A stretch of 64,000 bases of DNA from Minisyncoccota bacterium (GTDB taxonomy: Bacteria; Patescibacteriota; Minisyncoccia; UBA6257; GWB1-50-10), in contig DATLZO010000003.1 in assembly GCA_035573955.1 (NCBI GenBank), forward strand, positions 255 through 64,254, given 5' to 3'. Made by a program: the position numbers and the translations under genes. Shown here one piece after another: positions 47,588 through 57,186 of the stretch; the first letter of the stretch is position 1; each line of letters starts with the position of its first letter. The notes beneath the pieces are model-generated. The model was not told the DNA's origin, ran no database searches, and saw only the letters and a list, made by a program, of their open reading frames with translations.

Positions 47588-49315
47588 CTACTCCACCGTT
47601 GCTCTGATTCTCCGGATTCCGGCTGAAGACGCTTCTTCCTTCGTTATCTTGAATTTCCCTATCTCGCCGGTGCGAGTCACGTGCGGGCCGCCGCAGAATT
47701 CTTTGCTCCACGCATTTTCCAGAGATTTACCAATATAATAGACCTTCACCCGATCCGGATATTTGCCTTTGAAAAAGTGAAGCGCGCCGGTTTGCTCGGC
47801 TTCAGCTTTCGGCATTTCTTTAAAATTGACTGGTAAATCTTCCTTAATTTTTTGATTAACGATTTCCTCTACTTTTTTTATCTCTTCGGAAGTCATTTTT
47901 CGGGGAAAAGTGAAATCAAAACGTGTCCGCTCGGTCGTGATATCCGAACCGCGCTGTTCGACTTCCTTACCAAGCACCTCGCGGAGTGCCTGGTTTAATA
48001 AATGAGTAGCGGTGTGAAGTCGAGTCACTTTCTTCAATTCTTCTTCGTTCCCAGCTTTGAGCTCGCCGGTGTCCAAAATGAGACCGTGCCCGCCAAATTT
48101 CTTCTCCTGCCCAGCCCGGGAAATTTCCTGGTGTTTGGCAAATTCTTCATCAAAAGTTTCCCGAGTGAGATTTTTTGCCTTATCGCCGCCAAGTTCCTTT
48201 ATAATTTCGTAAGGCAGACCGTAACTTGAAAAAATAGCGAACGCGCTTTTCGCATCAAGTTTTTTTATTCTCTCCAGTTCTTTGAGACCTGTGGCAAGTG
48301 TTTTTTCAAACCGCGCCCGTTCGGCGTCCCACTCTTCAAAAATCAATTCTCCATTCAACTCGGGATAAAACTTCTCGTAATTCTCGTTCACTTCCGCAAA
48401 GAGGTGAAATGGCTCAATCGGATTACCCGTTAGATAAAGATGAGTTTGGAGACGGCGCATGAGTCGCCTCAAAATATACCCCGCCTCCTTGTTGGAAGGA
48501 CGAACACCGTCAGAAATAAGAAATGCAATGCCCCGCACATGGTCGGCGAGAATTCGTCGCGTCCGCAGAGAAAGATTTGAAGGAAGTATTCTCATAAGCG
48601 GCGTGAACAAGTCGGTGTCAAAAATCGTGGACACATTCTGCGAAACCATCGCCAGACGTTCCAAACCCATTCCTGTGTCTACGCCGAGCGTTCCAAGCGG
48701 CGTCAATTTCTTGCTTTTATCGCAGTAAAACTCGTTGAAAACGATGTTCCAAATTTCCACGCCGTTTACGTAGATTTCAGTGGTTGGGCCGCAAGGCCCC
48801 TCGCTCCCGGTCGGCCCCCAGAACACGTCGGTTCCCGCCGCACGAACATCCTTGACACCCAATTTCCCCCAAATGGCGCGCGATTCGTCGTCACGGGGAA
48901 CACCTTTGCGCCAATCGCCTGCCGGGACTTTCTGCGGGTCAAAGACGGTGACATAACCTATCCGTAAACCCATTATATCTTCGACGAACTCTTTAGCGTA
49001 CTCTATTGCCTTTTCCTTGAAGTAACCGCCAAAAGAGAAGTTCCCGAGCATCTCAAAAAAAGTGAGATGACTCTCGTCGCCGACCTCGTCGATATCGGAG
49101 GTACGGAAACATTTTTGGACAGAAGCAGTGCTCGTCGCGCCGAAATCTTTCTTCGCATCCAGTTCCCCGGTATAGTAGCGCTTGAACTGCTGCATTCCAG
49201 CAGTCGTGAGTAAGACTGACGGATCATCGGGCACGAGTGAAGACGACGGCACAATGGCGTGACCATTTTTCTTGAAAAACTGCAGGAATTTTTTCCTTAT
49301 TTCTTCGGAATTCAT
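47588..49315 (-). CDS. alaS: alanyl-tRNA synthetase (short form lacking C-Ala domain)
   Basis: AlaRS catalytic N-terminus and an editing domain (HTATHLL ... CGGPH). 575 aa versus about 870 canonical. Confidence 0.8.
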   Translation of the reverse strand: MNSEEIRKKFLQFFKKNGHAIVPSSSLVPDDPSVLLTTAGMQQFKRYYTGELDAKKDFGATSTASVQKCFRTSDIDEVGDESHLTFFEMLGNFSFGGYFKEKAIEYAKEFVEDIMGLRIGYVTVFDPQKVPAGDWRKGVPRDDESRAIWGKLGVKDVRAAGTDVFWGPTGSEGPCGPTTEIYVNGVEIWNIVFNEFYCDKSKKLTPLGTLGVDTGMGLERLAMVSQNVSTIFDTDLFTPLMRILPSNLSLRTRRILADHVRGIAFLISDGVRPSNKEAGYILRRLMRRLQTHLYLTGNPIEPFHLFAEVNENYEKFYPELNGELIFEEWDAERARFEKTLATGLKELERIKKLDAKSAFAIFSSYGLPYEIIKELGGDKAKNLTRETFDEEFAKHQEISRAGQEKKFGGHGLILDTGELKAGNEEELKKVTRLHTATHLLNQALREVLGKEVEQRGSDITTERTRFDFTFPRKMTSEEIKKVEEIVNQKIKEDLPVNFKEMPKAEAEQTGALHFFKGKYPDRVKVYYIGKSLENAWSKEFCGGPHVTRTGEIGKFKITKEEASSAGIRRIRATVE

Positions 49316-49319
49316 TTTA

Positions 49320-50651
49320 TCAGTTGTCTTCGAGCGCCCGGAGTCTCGCCTCTATCTCCACCAGGATAACTTTGGCATCGCGAAGCTCTTCGAGCGCCTT
49401 CGCCTCGAGCACCTTGCTTTCCGCCCTGTCGAACAGCGCGAATATTTCGATATTGCTTTCTGGTGTGAGATTCATAGCTCTCGCCTTATTTTTCAATTCG
49501 TCGAACTGGAGCCGCAAATCTAGATTCTCGGAATAAAAACCATCTTCATTCCTTGAAAGCTGACCCAAACCGCTCTCTGCTTCGGCAAGCGAAGCCGTCG
49601 CCTGACCAAAAGCAGCGCCGTACTCCCCGTTATCGAAGAACTTCTTTGCCTGTTCCAGGTGAAAATCGGCATTCTCTGCAAGTTCCTCAATAGAACGGAT
49701 GGTCTTCCCGCCGGCCGAAGCGAGTGCATTTTTGAACCGCGCGAGCGCCGTCTCGGCGTTTGAAATTGTGTCCGAAACCGCCTCCCGATCAGCGATGGAG
49801 TTTTCCTCGGCGTTCAAAAATGCCCTTTGTCTCACGATGTTCAACTTGCTCCGCAGGTCCGGATCGCCGACCTTCTCTCTCACTTCGTCAAGTATTTTAA
49901 TCTCCTCCGGACTCTTTAATAAAAGTCCATCAAGAGCGGCTAGGAATTCGTCGTTGGATTCGGCCCGGAACCTACCTTCAAACCTCAATATTAAGTTATC
50001 CTTCAGAGCGCCGATGCGATTTTGCGCCTCCGGCGGCAGCCGCGACTGGATTCTATCCAGAACGTATACAGCATTAAACTCCTTAAGAGAGTGATCTTCG
50101 TAATCGGCCACTGCTGCTTCGAAAATCTTGGCAAACTCACCTACATCGCCGATTACCCGGATGAGCGCGAGTTCTGCCTCATCGAGGGATTTTCTCACTT
50201 CTTCTATTTCCTCGTCGTATTCGTCACTGTAACCGAGTATATCCTCGAACATCTCATTATGCGCAAGGACCTTGGCCGTGAATTCGGCGACTAGTTCTCC
50301 TTCGACTACCCGCTTCGCATCGAGCCCGTCTATCCTCGAAGCAAGTTTTCTCGCGTCTCGGCCGTACTTGCCGAGCGTTTTTAGAACGCCTTCCATTTTT
50401 CCTTTCTCCTTGAGCGCGGCGATCTCTTCGGCTCTTCTGCTAAGAATCTCCAAATCCAGTAGCGCCTTTGCTTCCTGATTAAAAGTGAAGAACCGCCTCA
50501 GGCCGCGACCGATTTCTTTGAAAATATAAAGTGGGTTTGTCGGCAGAACGAGCGGCGGCCGACCTTCGAGAATCGAACTCTCCTCATGGGCGGAAACGGT
50601 GGCGAAAAAAACTAAAACAACGGCGAGGCTGAGAATTAAGACTTTCTTCAT
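49320..50651 (-). CDS. secreted coiled-coil hypothetical protein
   Basis: Signal peptide MKKVLILSLAVVLVFFATVSA, followed by long helical and acidic repeats. Confidence 0.5.
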   Translation of the reverse strand: MKKVLILSLAVVLVFFATVSAHEESSILEGRPPLVLPTNPLYIFKEIGRGLRRFFTFNQEAKALLDLEILSRRAEEIAALKEKGKMEGVLKTLGKYGRDARKLASRIDGLDAKRVVEGELVAEFTAKVLAHNEMFEDILGYSDEYDEEIEEVRKSLDEAELALIRVIGDVGEFAKIFEAAVADYEDHSLKEFNAVYVLDRIQSRLPPEAQNRIGALKDNLILRFEGRFRAESNDEFLAALDGLLLKSPEEIKILDEVREKVGDPDLRSKLNIVRQRAFLNAEENSIADREAVSDTISNAETALARFKNALASAGGKTIRSIEELAENADFHLEQAKKFFDNGEYGAAFGQATASLAEAESGLGQLSRNEDGFYSENLDLRLQFDELKNKARAMNLTPESNIEIFALFDRAESKVLEAKALEELRDAKVILVEIEARLRALEDN

Positions 50652-50652
50652 A

Positions 50653-51852
50653 TCAATAGCCCTCGAGCTTCTTGGACTTGTGATGCTGTCTTATTTTCTC
50701 GAGCGCCTTCGATTCGATCTGACGTATGCGCTCGCGGGTCACGCCAAAAACCCTACCCACCTCCTCGAGAGTGTGTGTGATGTTATCGTCGAGCCCAAAA
50801 CGCATAGCAAGTATTTTCCGCTCGCGCTCGGTAAGGTCATCCAAAATCTCCCGGATCTGGTCCTTCAGAAGCGCCTGGCTAGCAAGTTGGTCGGGCGAAA
50901 GAGAGGTTTCGTCTTTGATAAAGTCCGAGAGTGTAGAATCTTCGTCGTCATCGCCGACCGGCGACTCGAGAGATATCACTTCCTGTGATATCTTCTGGAT
51001 ATAACGTATCTTTTCCACATCCATGTTCATCTCGGTCGCGATCTCCTCCGGCAGCGGCTCGCGACCCAACTCCTGCATCAACCGCCGTTTGGTCTGAGTG
51101 TACTTGGTAATGGTTTCCACCATATGCACCGGTATGCGGATGGTGCGCGAATAGTCAGCGAGTGCTCGCGTTATCGCCTGGCGGATCCACCAGGTGGCGT
51201 AAGTCGAGAATTTGAAACCCTTGCGGTAGTCGAACTTGTCGACAGCACGGGAGAGGCCGATATTACCCTCTTGGATGAGATCGAGAATAGAAAGATGCGG
51301 TGAACGATTCACGTATCGTTTGGCAAGCGACACCACGAGCCTGAGATTCGCCTGGATAAGTTTCTTCCGAGCCGCCTCGTCGCCCTTCTCGATGCGCCGG
51401 GCAAGTTCTTTCTCCTCTTTGGATGTAAGGAGAGCAGTCCGACCTATTTCCTTAAGATACATCTGGACAGCATCAGGTAGGTTTTGGTCAATACGCGTCG
51501 CGTCCGAAAGCTCTTTGGCGCTTATCTCGTCACCGGGGCCGGAAATGATCGAGCCGGATTCTTTCACTTTGATACCCTCCTTTTCAAGACGGTCGTAGAC
51601 TGTTTCGAGAAACCCGAGGTTCCTTTCGATCTTCGGGAAATAGTTCAGAACCTCGGCGTCCGTCACAAAGCCGCGGCTCCGACCGCGCCTCACAAGATCG
51701 CCGAGCGCCTCAATGTAGCTTTCATCTACCTTCGGGGGCTTCTTTTGGGATTTCGCTTTGCCCTTTGCGGCGGTCGTCTTCCGAACGCGATTCTTACGCT
51801 TCAATTGTCTGGCTCTCCGGCCCTTTTTAGTATTGTTTTTTCTTCTCTTCAT
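50653..51852 (-). CDS. rpoD: RNA polymerase sigma-70 factor
   Basis: Conserved regions 1.2 to 4, including [16 protein letters not shown] and [12 protein letters not shown]. Confidence 0.9.
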   Translation of the reverse strand: MKRRKNNTKKGRRARQLKRKNRVRKTTAAKGKAKSQKKPPKVDESYIEALGDLVRRGRSRGFVTDAEVLNYFPKIERNLGFLETVYDRLEKEGIKVKESGSIISGPGDEISAKELSDATRIDQNLPDAVQMYLKEIGRTALLTSKEEKELARRIEKGDEAARKKLIQANLRLVVSLAKRYVNRSPHLSILDLIQEGNIGLSRAVDKFDYRKGFKFSTYATWWIRQAITRALADYSRTIRIPVHMVETITKYTQTKRRLMQELGREPLPEEIATEMNMDVEKIRYIQKISQEVISLESPVGDDDEDSTLSDFIKDETSLSPDQLASQALLKDQIREILDDLTERERKILAMRFGLDDNITHTLEEVGRVFGVTRERIRQIESKALEKIRQHHKSKKLEGY

Positions 51853-51861
51853 ATATTGGGG

Positions 51862-53595
51862 TTATTTAAGGACATTGAGCTTCCCGGCTAGAAGATTAAA
51901 TCTTACCATGCATTCCCTCAAGACCGCCTCGTCGCCTTTTGCTTGGGCCAAGCGGATTTCTTCCCGCAATTCCTCCATCTGCCGCTTTAAGGATTCTATC
52001 TGGAGCTGGCGCACCAGTTCGTTGAATTCCTCTTTCAGTACGTCCTTGTCCTTCATAGCGAACTCATAGCTAGAGCGCATTTCGACGAGCGCGGCATGCT
52101 CGTCGTTTGGATTCTCCAGTATCCGCCGCGAAGATTCCGGCAACCATTCTTTTAAATCATCCACGGTTTTCATAAGTAATGCATCACCAAAAGCAAGAGA
52201 AAGGAGGCGGTTCGCGACAAGATCGATTCGGGCAAGGGTGGCTTCGGGTGCTTTTCCGACCGAGAATGTCGTTTCCGGCTTGGCAACAGGATTGGGTAAA
52301 TTCTCCATTTCCGAGGCAAGGGCCGTCTCCGAAATACCTGATACCCGAGAGAGTTCCTTAAGCCAGGCCGACTGTTCGATGTGACTCTTTATCCTCCTCA
52401 CCTTCTGTAGAAGGTCTCTCACCAACCTTTTCCGATGAGCAATGTCCTTTGGTGCATTCTCAAAATGGCGTTCGAATACATATACAAAGGCAGGCTTGGC
52501 CGATTCTAGGGAAAGTTTGAGGAAGTCCGGTTCGGCAAGACAAGCGTCTGCCGGATCCTTGTACTTACCTAAATGGATGGCTTTAACATGGAAGTCGTAG
52601 TCGTTGAAAACATCGAGAGAGCGCTCGAGAGCTTTTAAGCCTGCGTCGTCACTGTCGAAACTAAGGTACACAGTATCGGCAAGGCGCCGCAAACGCTCCA
52701 AGTGCTCCCTGGTGAGACCGGTTCCGGAAAGAGCGGCAATATTGTTGATTCCGGTCTGCCAGGCCAAAAGAAAATCCATCTGTCCCTCCACTAAGAAAAC
52801 AGATCTTGTCTTCGCGATTTCGTTCTTAGACTTGTCGAGACCAAAAAGAATCTTCGATTTGTTGAATATTGGCGTCTCGGGCGAGTTGAGGTACTTCGGC
52901 CAGTCCGGCCTCGTCGCCACATCGAGGAGCCGCCCAGTGAAAGCGATTGTTTTACCTAAATGATTAGCGATCGGAAAAACTATCCGGCCTTCAAAACGGT
53001 CGCGCAAAAGCCCGCTCACTCCTTTGTGAGCGAGGCCTGCGCGCTGGACATCGGCAACATCAAAGCCTTTTTTGATGAGATGGACCGTGAGCGCGTCGCC
53101 ACCCGGCGCAAAACCGATCCCGAATTCGCCAATAGTTTCTTCTTTCAGACCGCGTTCCTTGAGATAAGCACGCGCCTTATCGTTCTTCAGAAGATTTTCT
53201 CTGTAAAAATCCCTAGCTGCATCGTGGAGATCATAAAGAACACCAAATTGTTTCTCCTGAAGAAGATCAACCGTCCTCATCGGCACGCCGGCTTTCTCTG
53301 CGAGGAATCGGAGTGCCTCCGGGAACTCCAGATTCTCGTAACGCATGACAAACCCGATGATGTCACCGCCGAGACCGCAGCCAAAACAGTGCCACATCTT
53401 TCTTTCCGGCGAGATTATGAATGACGGCGTTTTTTCACCGTGAAACGGGCAAAGCGCCTTGAAGTTCTTCCCGGCAGGCGAGATTTTGAGGTAAGAACGG
53501 AGGAATTCAACCAAGTCCAACCTTTCTTTGATTAGGTCGGTTTCGCGGGCCATTAATAGGAAGTCTACTCCAATTTGCCCCTTAAAATCAAACAC
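51862..53595 (-). CDS. dnaG: DNA primase
   Basis: Zinc ribbon CPFHGEKTPSF...CFGCG, plus a TOPRIM domain. Confidence 0.9.
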   Translation of the reverse strand: MFDFKGQIGVDFLLMARETDLIKERLDLVEFLRSYLKISPAGKNFKALCPFHGEKTPSFIISPERKMWHCFGCGLGGDIIGFVMRYENLEFPEALRFLAEKAGVPMRTVDLLQEKQFGVLYDLHDAARDFYRENLLKNDKARAYLKERGLKEETIGEFGIGFAPGGDALTVHLIKKGFDVADVQRAGLAHKGVSGLLRDRFEGRIVFPIANHLGKTIAFTGRLLDVATRPDWPKYLNSPETPIFNKSKILFGLDKSKNEIAKTRSVFLVEGQMDFLLAWQTGINNIAALSGTGLTREHLERLRRLADTVYLSFDSDDAGLKALERSLDVFNDYDFHVKAIHLGKYKDPADACLAEPDFLKLSLESAKPAFVYVFERHFENAPKDIAHRKRLVRDLLQKVRRIKSHIEQSAWLKELSRVSGISETALASEMENLPNPVAKPETTFSVGKAPEATLARIDLVANRLLSLAFGDALLMKTVDDLKEWLPESSRRILENPNDEHAALVEMRSSYEFAMKDKDVLKEEFNELVRQLQIESLKRQMEELREEIRLAQAKGDEAVLRECMVRFNLLAGKLNVLK

Positions 53596-53758
53596 GAGGG
53601 TTAAAATTAATGAGACTGCAAATACCCCCGAGTGAACCCAGAAAACTCACCGGGCTAATCGGAAGCAGAACGATAAAGGTGGCAACTCTACTTATATGGG
53701 CGAGATTTGGAAACCCAAAGCCCGGTGCGCAGTAAACGACAATGCATCCGTAGCAAAA

Positions 53759-54241
53759 TTACTCCACGATGATCTTACCGAAATTATTCGGGTTCAGGTG
53801 ATCGTGATAGTTCCAGCTGCCAACCTCGCCGAAAACGAATGACCATTGTTCGCCGGTTGGAATTCCCCGGCAGGCGTCGAAAATATTGGGCTCCTCGGCC
53901 GTGCCGCATTTTTCGATATCTGAACCGGGGTAAACCTTGTGTGTCGGGTGCATCGCGGAGGCCGGCCAGAAAGGATTTTGACTCTCGTTTACGAACGTGA
54001 CAGTTTCCCCTGCCTTAACTGACAACGGATTCGGTGAGAAGCCGGCATCGGTGTACGTAATGACGTTCTTCGCCCCGCCCTCGACGATCATCTCTGGAAC
54101 TCCTTCCGAACCGGGCACCGGTACTTCCGAAACCGGCGCGACCGGCGTCTCGTTGTCACTGCCCCCACCACTGCCGTAGAGATATACCGCAATGACCGCG
54201 GCGACCGCTATTAAAACAGCTATTAATATTTTGTTCTTCAT
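53759..54241 (-). CDS. secreted cupredoxin-like (plastocyanin/EfeO-like) domain protein
   Basis: Signal/TM N-terminus. Beta-sandwich-like region with H, C and H..H candidate metal ligands (VTFVNESQ...HPTHKV...C...HDH). Confidence 0.45.
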   Translation of the reverse strand: MKNKILIAVLIAVAAVIAVYLYGSGGGSDNETPVAPVSEVPVPGSEGVPEMIVEGGAKNVITYTDAGFSPNPLSVKAGETVTFVNESQNPFWPASAMHPTHKVYPGSDIEKCGTAEEPNIFDACRGIPTGEQWSFVFGEVGSWNYHDHLNPNNFGKIIVE

Positions 54242-54688
54242 GGTTCTTCCTAAAAACTACCCCGTGGGACAATTGGAGTCATCTCACGGGGTAGTTATAT
54301 TCGAGCGAGTTTACAGTCTCCTTCTCTTGGCGGCCCTCTTCTTGCGAGGGGCAGCCTTTTTTGTCGCTCTCCTTCTCTTTACCATTTCTTGCTTAAGGAA
54401 AAACTTTTCTTAAAGAGTTTTTCTTTTTTGACAGTCGACCAAGCTGCCAAATTTTCTATATGTTCATTATATAACTTTCGATTTACACTTTCTGAAAAAA
54501 TCTGTGGATAACTCCAATAACACGGCCGGAAATTTTTCGTCGAGCGAAACTGTCCACGTGCAAGAAAATGGAAAGTACAAACGGATAACGGACTTGTTAA
54601 CGAAAATTTTTTCGCGCGAAGAAAAAAATCGGCGTGAAAAGACGAAAATAGCCTGTAAAAAGCCGTTTTAGAGGAAAAGTCAGGTTTT

Positions 54689-54773
54689 GCGGAGGGGGAG
54701 GGATTCGAACCCTCGATGCCTTTCGACATACGCGCTCTCCAAGCGCGCGCACTAGACCGCTATGCGACCCCTC
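54689..54773 (-). tRNA. tRNA-Ser (anticodon GGA), no encoded CCA
   Basis: Hand-folded on the minus strand. Acceptor GGAGGGG/CCCCTCC, anticodon loop TTGGAGA, long variable arm, T-arm GAGGG-TTCGAAT-CCCTC. Confidence 0.75.
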
Positions 54774-54791
54774 CTACGACTCATGAGAATT

Positions 54792-55202
54792 CTACTTGTA
54801 TATCTTCTTTATATCAACCGGCTCTGCGCCCCTCTTCTTGGTGCGCTTCACCCATGCATCGTAGCCAAGGATGATCGAGATGATAACAAGAAGGAAAAAT
54901 ATCACGAGGACCGGAATGCTGAATGGCTTGCCGGCGACAAGGAAAAAATAGGAAGCGACAAGGAAACCTGCGACATCAATCACCACGTCTGTGACGCGGT
55001 TCGTGAAATGCTCCTCTATCTGGAGCGCCACTTCGAAAAGCTCGTAACCGACAAAGAGAAGAAAAGCGATCACTGCGGCTGGCAAGAATGGAACTTTCAG
55101 AATAAGAAGAAGTGCGCCGACGAGAACGCCGCTCAAAAAATGGTTGACTGACCAGAGATCGACATATTTCCCTTCCGCCCAAAGATCCCAACCCTTTCTC
55201 AT
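54792..55202 (-). CDS. small polytopic membrane protein
   Basis: Start set at MRKGWDLW. Three to four transmembrane helices. Confidence 0.5.
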   Translation of the reverse strand: MRKGWDLWAEGKYVDLWSVNHFLSGVLVGALLLILKVPFLPAAVIAFLLFVGYELFEVALQIEEHFTNRVTDVVIDVAGFLVASYFFLVAGKPFSIPVLVIFFLLVIISIILGYDAWVKRTKKRGAEPVDIKKIYK

Positions 55203-55209
55203 TTTTTTA

Positions 55210-56097
55210 TCACCATCTGCTTGATGCTCCGCCGCCGCCGGAATGTCCACCGCCGAAACCTCCCCAACCGCTCCTGCCCCCGATGCCGCGGCCGCCGCCG
55301 ATCCACCACGGATAATGACCAGTTGATTTTCCGCGCTCATAGGCGCGCGAGACTAAGAAATCAAAGAAAAGGCCAAGAGGGACAAGAATTATGAAAGAAA
55401 TGATGCCGGTATACAGAAACCCGAAAAAGAAACCGATTATTAAACCGCCTATTCCCCCCAAGACGCCGCCTAACCACCACGACCTGGAACGACCGAGCAC
55501 ACTTGCGAGCCATATCGGCACGACAAGAACGAGCCAGAAAATTTCCGAAAAGTCAAAATTCGCGATACCGGTTTCTTTCGGGGAGATGCTCGGGATTTTC
55601 TCACCGGCGCCTATCGCACCGATAATTTTCCTCACTGCGCCCTCAATGCCGAGATAATAATTGCCGTCCCGGAAAGCCGGCACGACTACATTCTGTTCTA
55701 TCCAATAAGCCTGGGCATCGGTCAAAACCCCCTCTAAACCGTAACCTACCTCTATTCTCATCACCCGGTCATCGATCGCGACAAGAAAAAGAACGCCGTT
55801 GTCTTTGTTTTTCTGGCCTATTCCCCAATCTGCAAAAAGCTCGTTCGCGTAGTTCTCGACGGTGTCGCCGCCTAGTGATTTTACCGTGACAACGGCAATT
55901 TCAGCACCTGTCGCAGCTTTAAGGTCGGTTATTTCCTTCTCGAGCGCGCTCCGCTCCGCCTCGCCGAGGACACCCGCAAAATCGTTGACAAAACCTCGGG
56001 GTTCGCCGGGACTAGAGTAAGCGAGTGTAAGGACGGGTAGGAGAACCGCGGCGCAAAGGAACCATCCGAAAACTCTAGAACTGGACCTGGGGCGCAT
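55210..56097 (-). CDS. TPM-domain (TLP18.3/Psb32/MOLO-1-like) membrane protein with Gly-rich tail
   Basis: TPM-like region after the signal anchor, then a C-terminal TM helix and GGGRGIGGRSGWGGFGGG tail. Confidence 0.6.
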   Translation of the reverse strand: MRPRSSSRVFGWFLCAAVLLPVLTLAYSSPGEPRGFVNDFAGVLGEAERSALEKEITDLKAATGAEIAVVTVKSLGGDTVENYANELFADWGIGQKNKDNGVLFLVAIDDRVMRIEVGYGLEGVLTDAQAYWIEQNVVVPAFRDGNYYLGIEGAVRKIIGAIGAGEKIPSISPKETGIANFDFSEIFWLVLVVPIWLASVLGRSRSWWLGGVLGGIGGLIIGFFFGFLYTGIISFIILVPLGLFFDFLVSRAYERGKSTGHYPWWIGGGRGIGGRSGWGGFGGGHSGGGGASSRW

Positions 56098-56629
56098 TTT
56101 CCGCACCTGACGCAGCTTCAAAGTAAGTTTGTTCGGAAAATCCGAAAATGCCGGCAATGATATTGGTCGGGAAACGCTTCACAGCGATGTTCAGGTCGCG
56201 GACGCCGTCGTTGTATCTCTTTCTTTCAACGCTAACTCGATTTTCGGTGCCCTCGAGCTGAATCATCAACGTTTGGACATTTTCGGCAGACTTCAATTGC
56301 GGGTAGTTTTCAACGACGACAAGAAGGCGGCTTAAGGCGCTCTCCACTTCTGTCGCAGCCGAGGCCTTTGCGCTCACGCTCGCCGCGCCGCTATATTTAG
56401 CCCTCGCTTCGGCAAGAGCGTTGAACACGGCCCGTTCTTGGTCGAAGATACCTTTAACCGACTCCACCAGATTGGGAATGAGATCAAACCGCCGCTGGTA
56501 TTGCGTTTCAACCTGTGCCCAAAGATTCACAACCGCTTCGTTCTTGTTCACCAAGCTGTTGTAGGCACCCCAAACATATACGCTCAAAACGACGACAATT
56601 GCAATCAAAACCCAAAGATATTTTTTCAT
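56075..56629 (-). CDS. lemA: LemA family protein
   Basis: N-terminal TM helix, then the LemA-like NALAEARAKYSGA ... region. Confidence 0.75.
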   Translation of the reverse strand: MKKYLWVLIAIVVVLSVYVWGAYNSLVNKNEAVVNLWAQVETQYQRRFDLIPNLVESVKGIFDQERAVFNALAEARAKYSGAASVSAKASAATEVESALSRLLVVVENYPQLKSAENVQTLMIQLEGTENRVSVERKRYNDGVRDLNIAVKRFPTNIIAGIFGFSEQTYFEAASGAENAPQVQF

Positions 56630-56659
56630 GCACTTATTATAACAAAAACGCCGGCCCCG

Positions 56660-57076
56660 TTAAAAGACCAACGCTTCAACATCTCGGTTGATGCCGAAAC
56701 TCTTCGCTTCGGACTTAGAAGGATACCAAACATCGAACCACTCACAACTGTAACGGGGATGTTTCCGATCCTCTACGACAAAGATCTTGTCACCGAATAT
56801 CTCCGGTATCCTCACCTCCGTCCCAAAAGGTAAGCAATTGTTGGCGATAACACCGTCCCGGGTAATTGTACCGGAAGCGGTGACGAATGGCGTATCATCG
56901 GTCTCATCTGGACTTGAAGAATAGGCTGTGAGAATGATTTTGACCGATTCCGGGGCGGGCTCCACATCATCCGTGGGAATTCTATCCTCGGCAACGGCTA
57001 TAGGTAAAAAACCCAAGGCGAGAACGAGCCTTACGGAAACCAGCGCAGCTGTAATTGCTACATTCATATCTTCCAA
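56660..57076 (-). CDS. secreted 3D-domain (MltA/RlpA-like) protein
   Basis: Signal peptide, then TASGTITRDGVIANNCLPFGTEVRIPE..KIFVVEDR 3D-domain pattern. Confidence 0.6.
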   Translation of the reverse strand: MEDMNVAITAALVSVRLVLALGFLPIAVAEDRIPTDDVEPAPESVKIILTAYSSSPDETDDTPFVTASGTITRDGVIANNCLPFGTEVRIPEIFGDKIFVVEDRKHPRYSCEWFDVWYPSKSEAKSFGINRDVEALVF

Positions 57077-57186
57077 AAAAAATAGCCCTTCTTCTTAAGG
57101 CTACGAGGCAATGGTAACCGACGGGCAGGGAAAAGTCAAGAAAAGCTGTTAAAAACCCTCATTTAATGAGGGTTTTTACGTATTTT

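Noticed and set aside
54379-54729. 116-aa minus-strand ORF
   Set aside because: It overlaps tRNA-Ser and an AT-rich spacer. No support.
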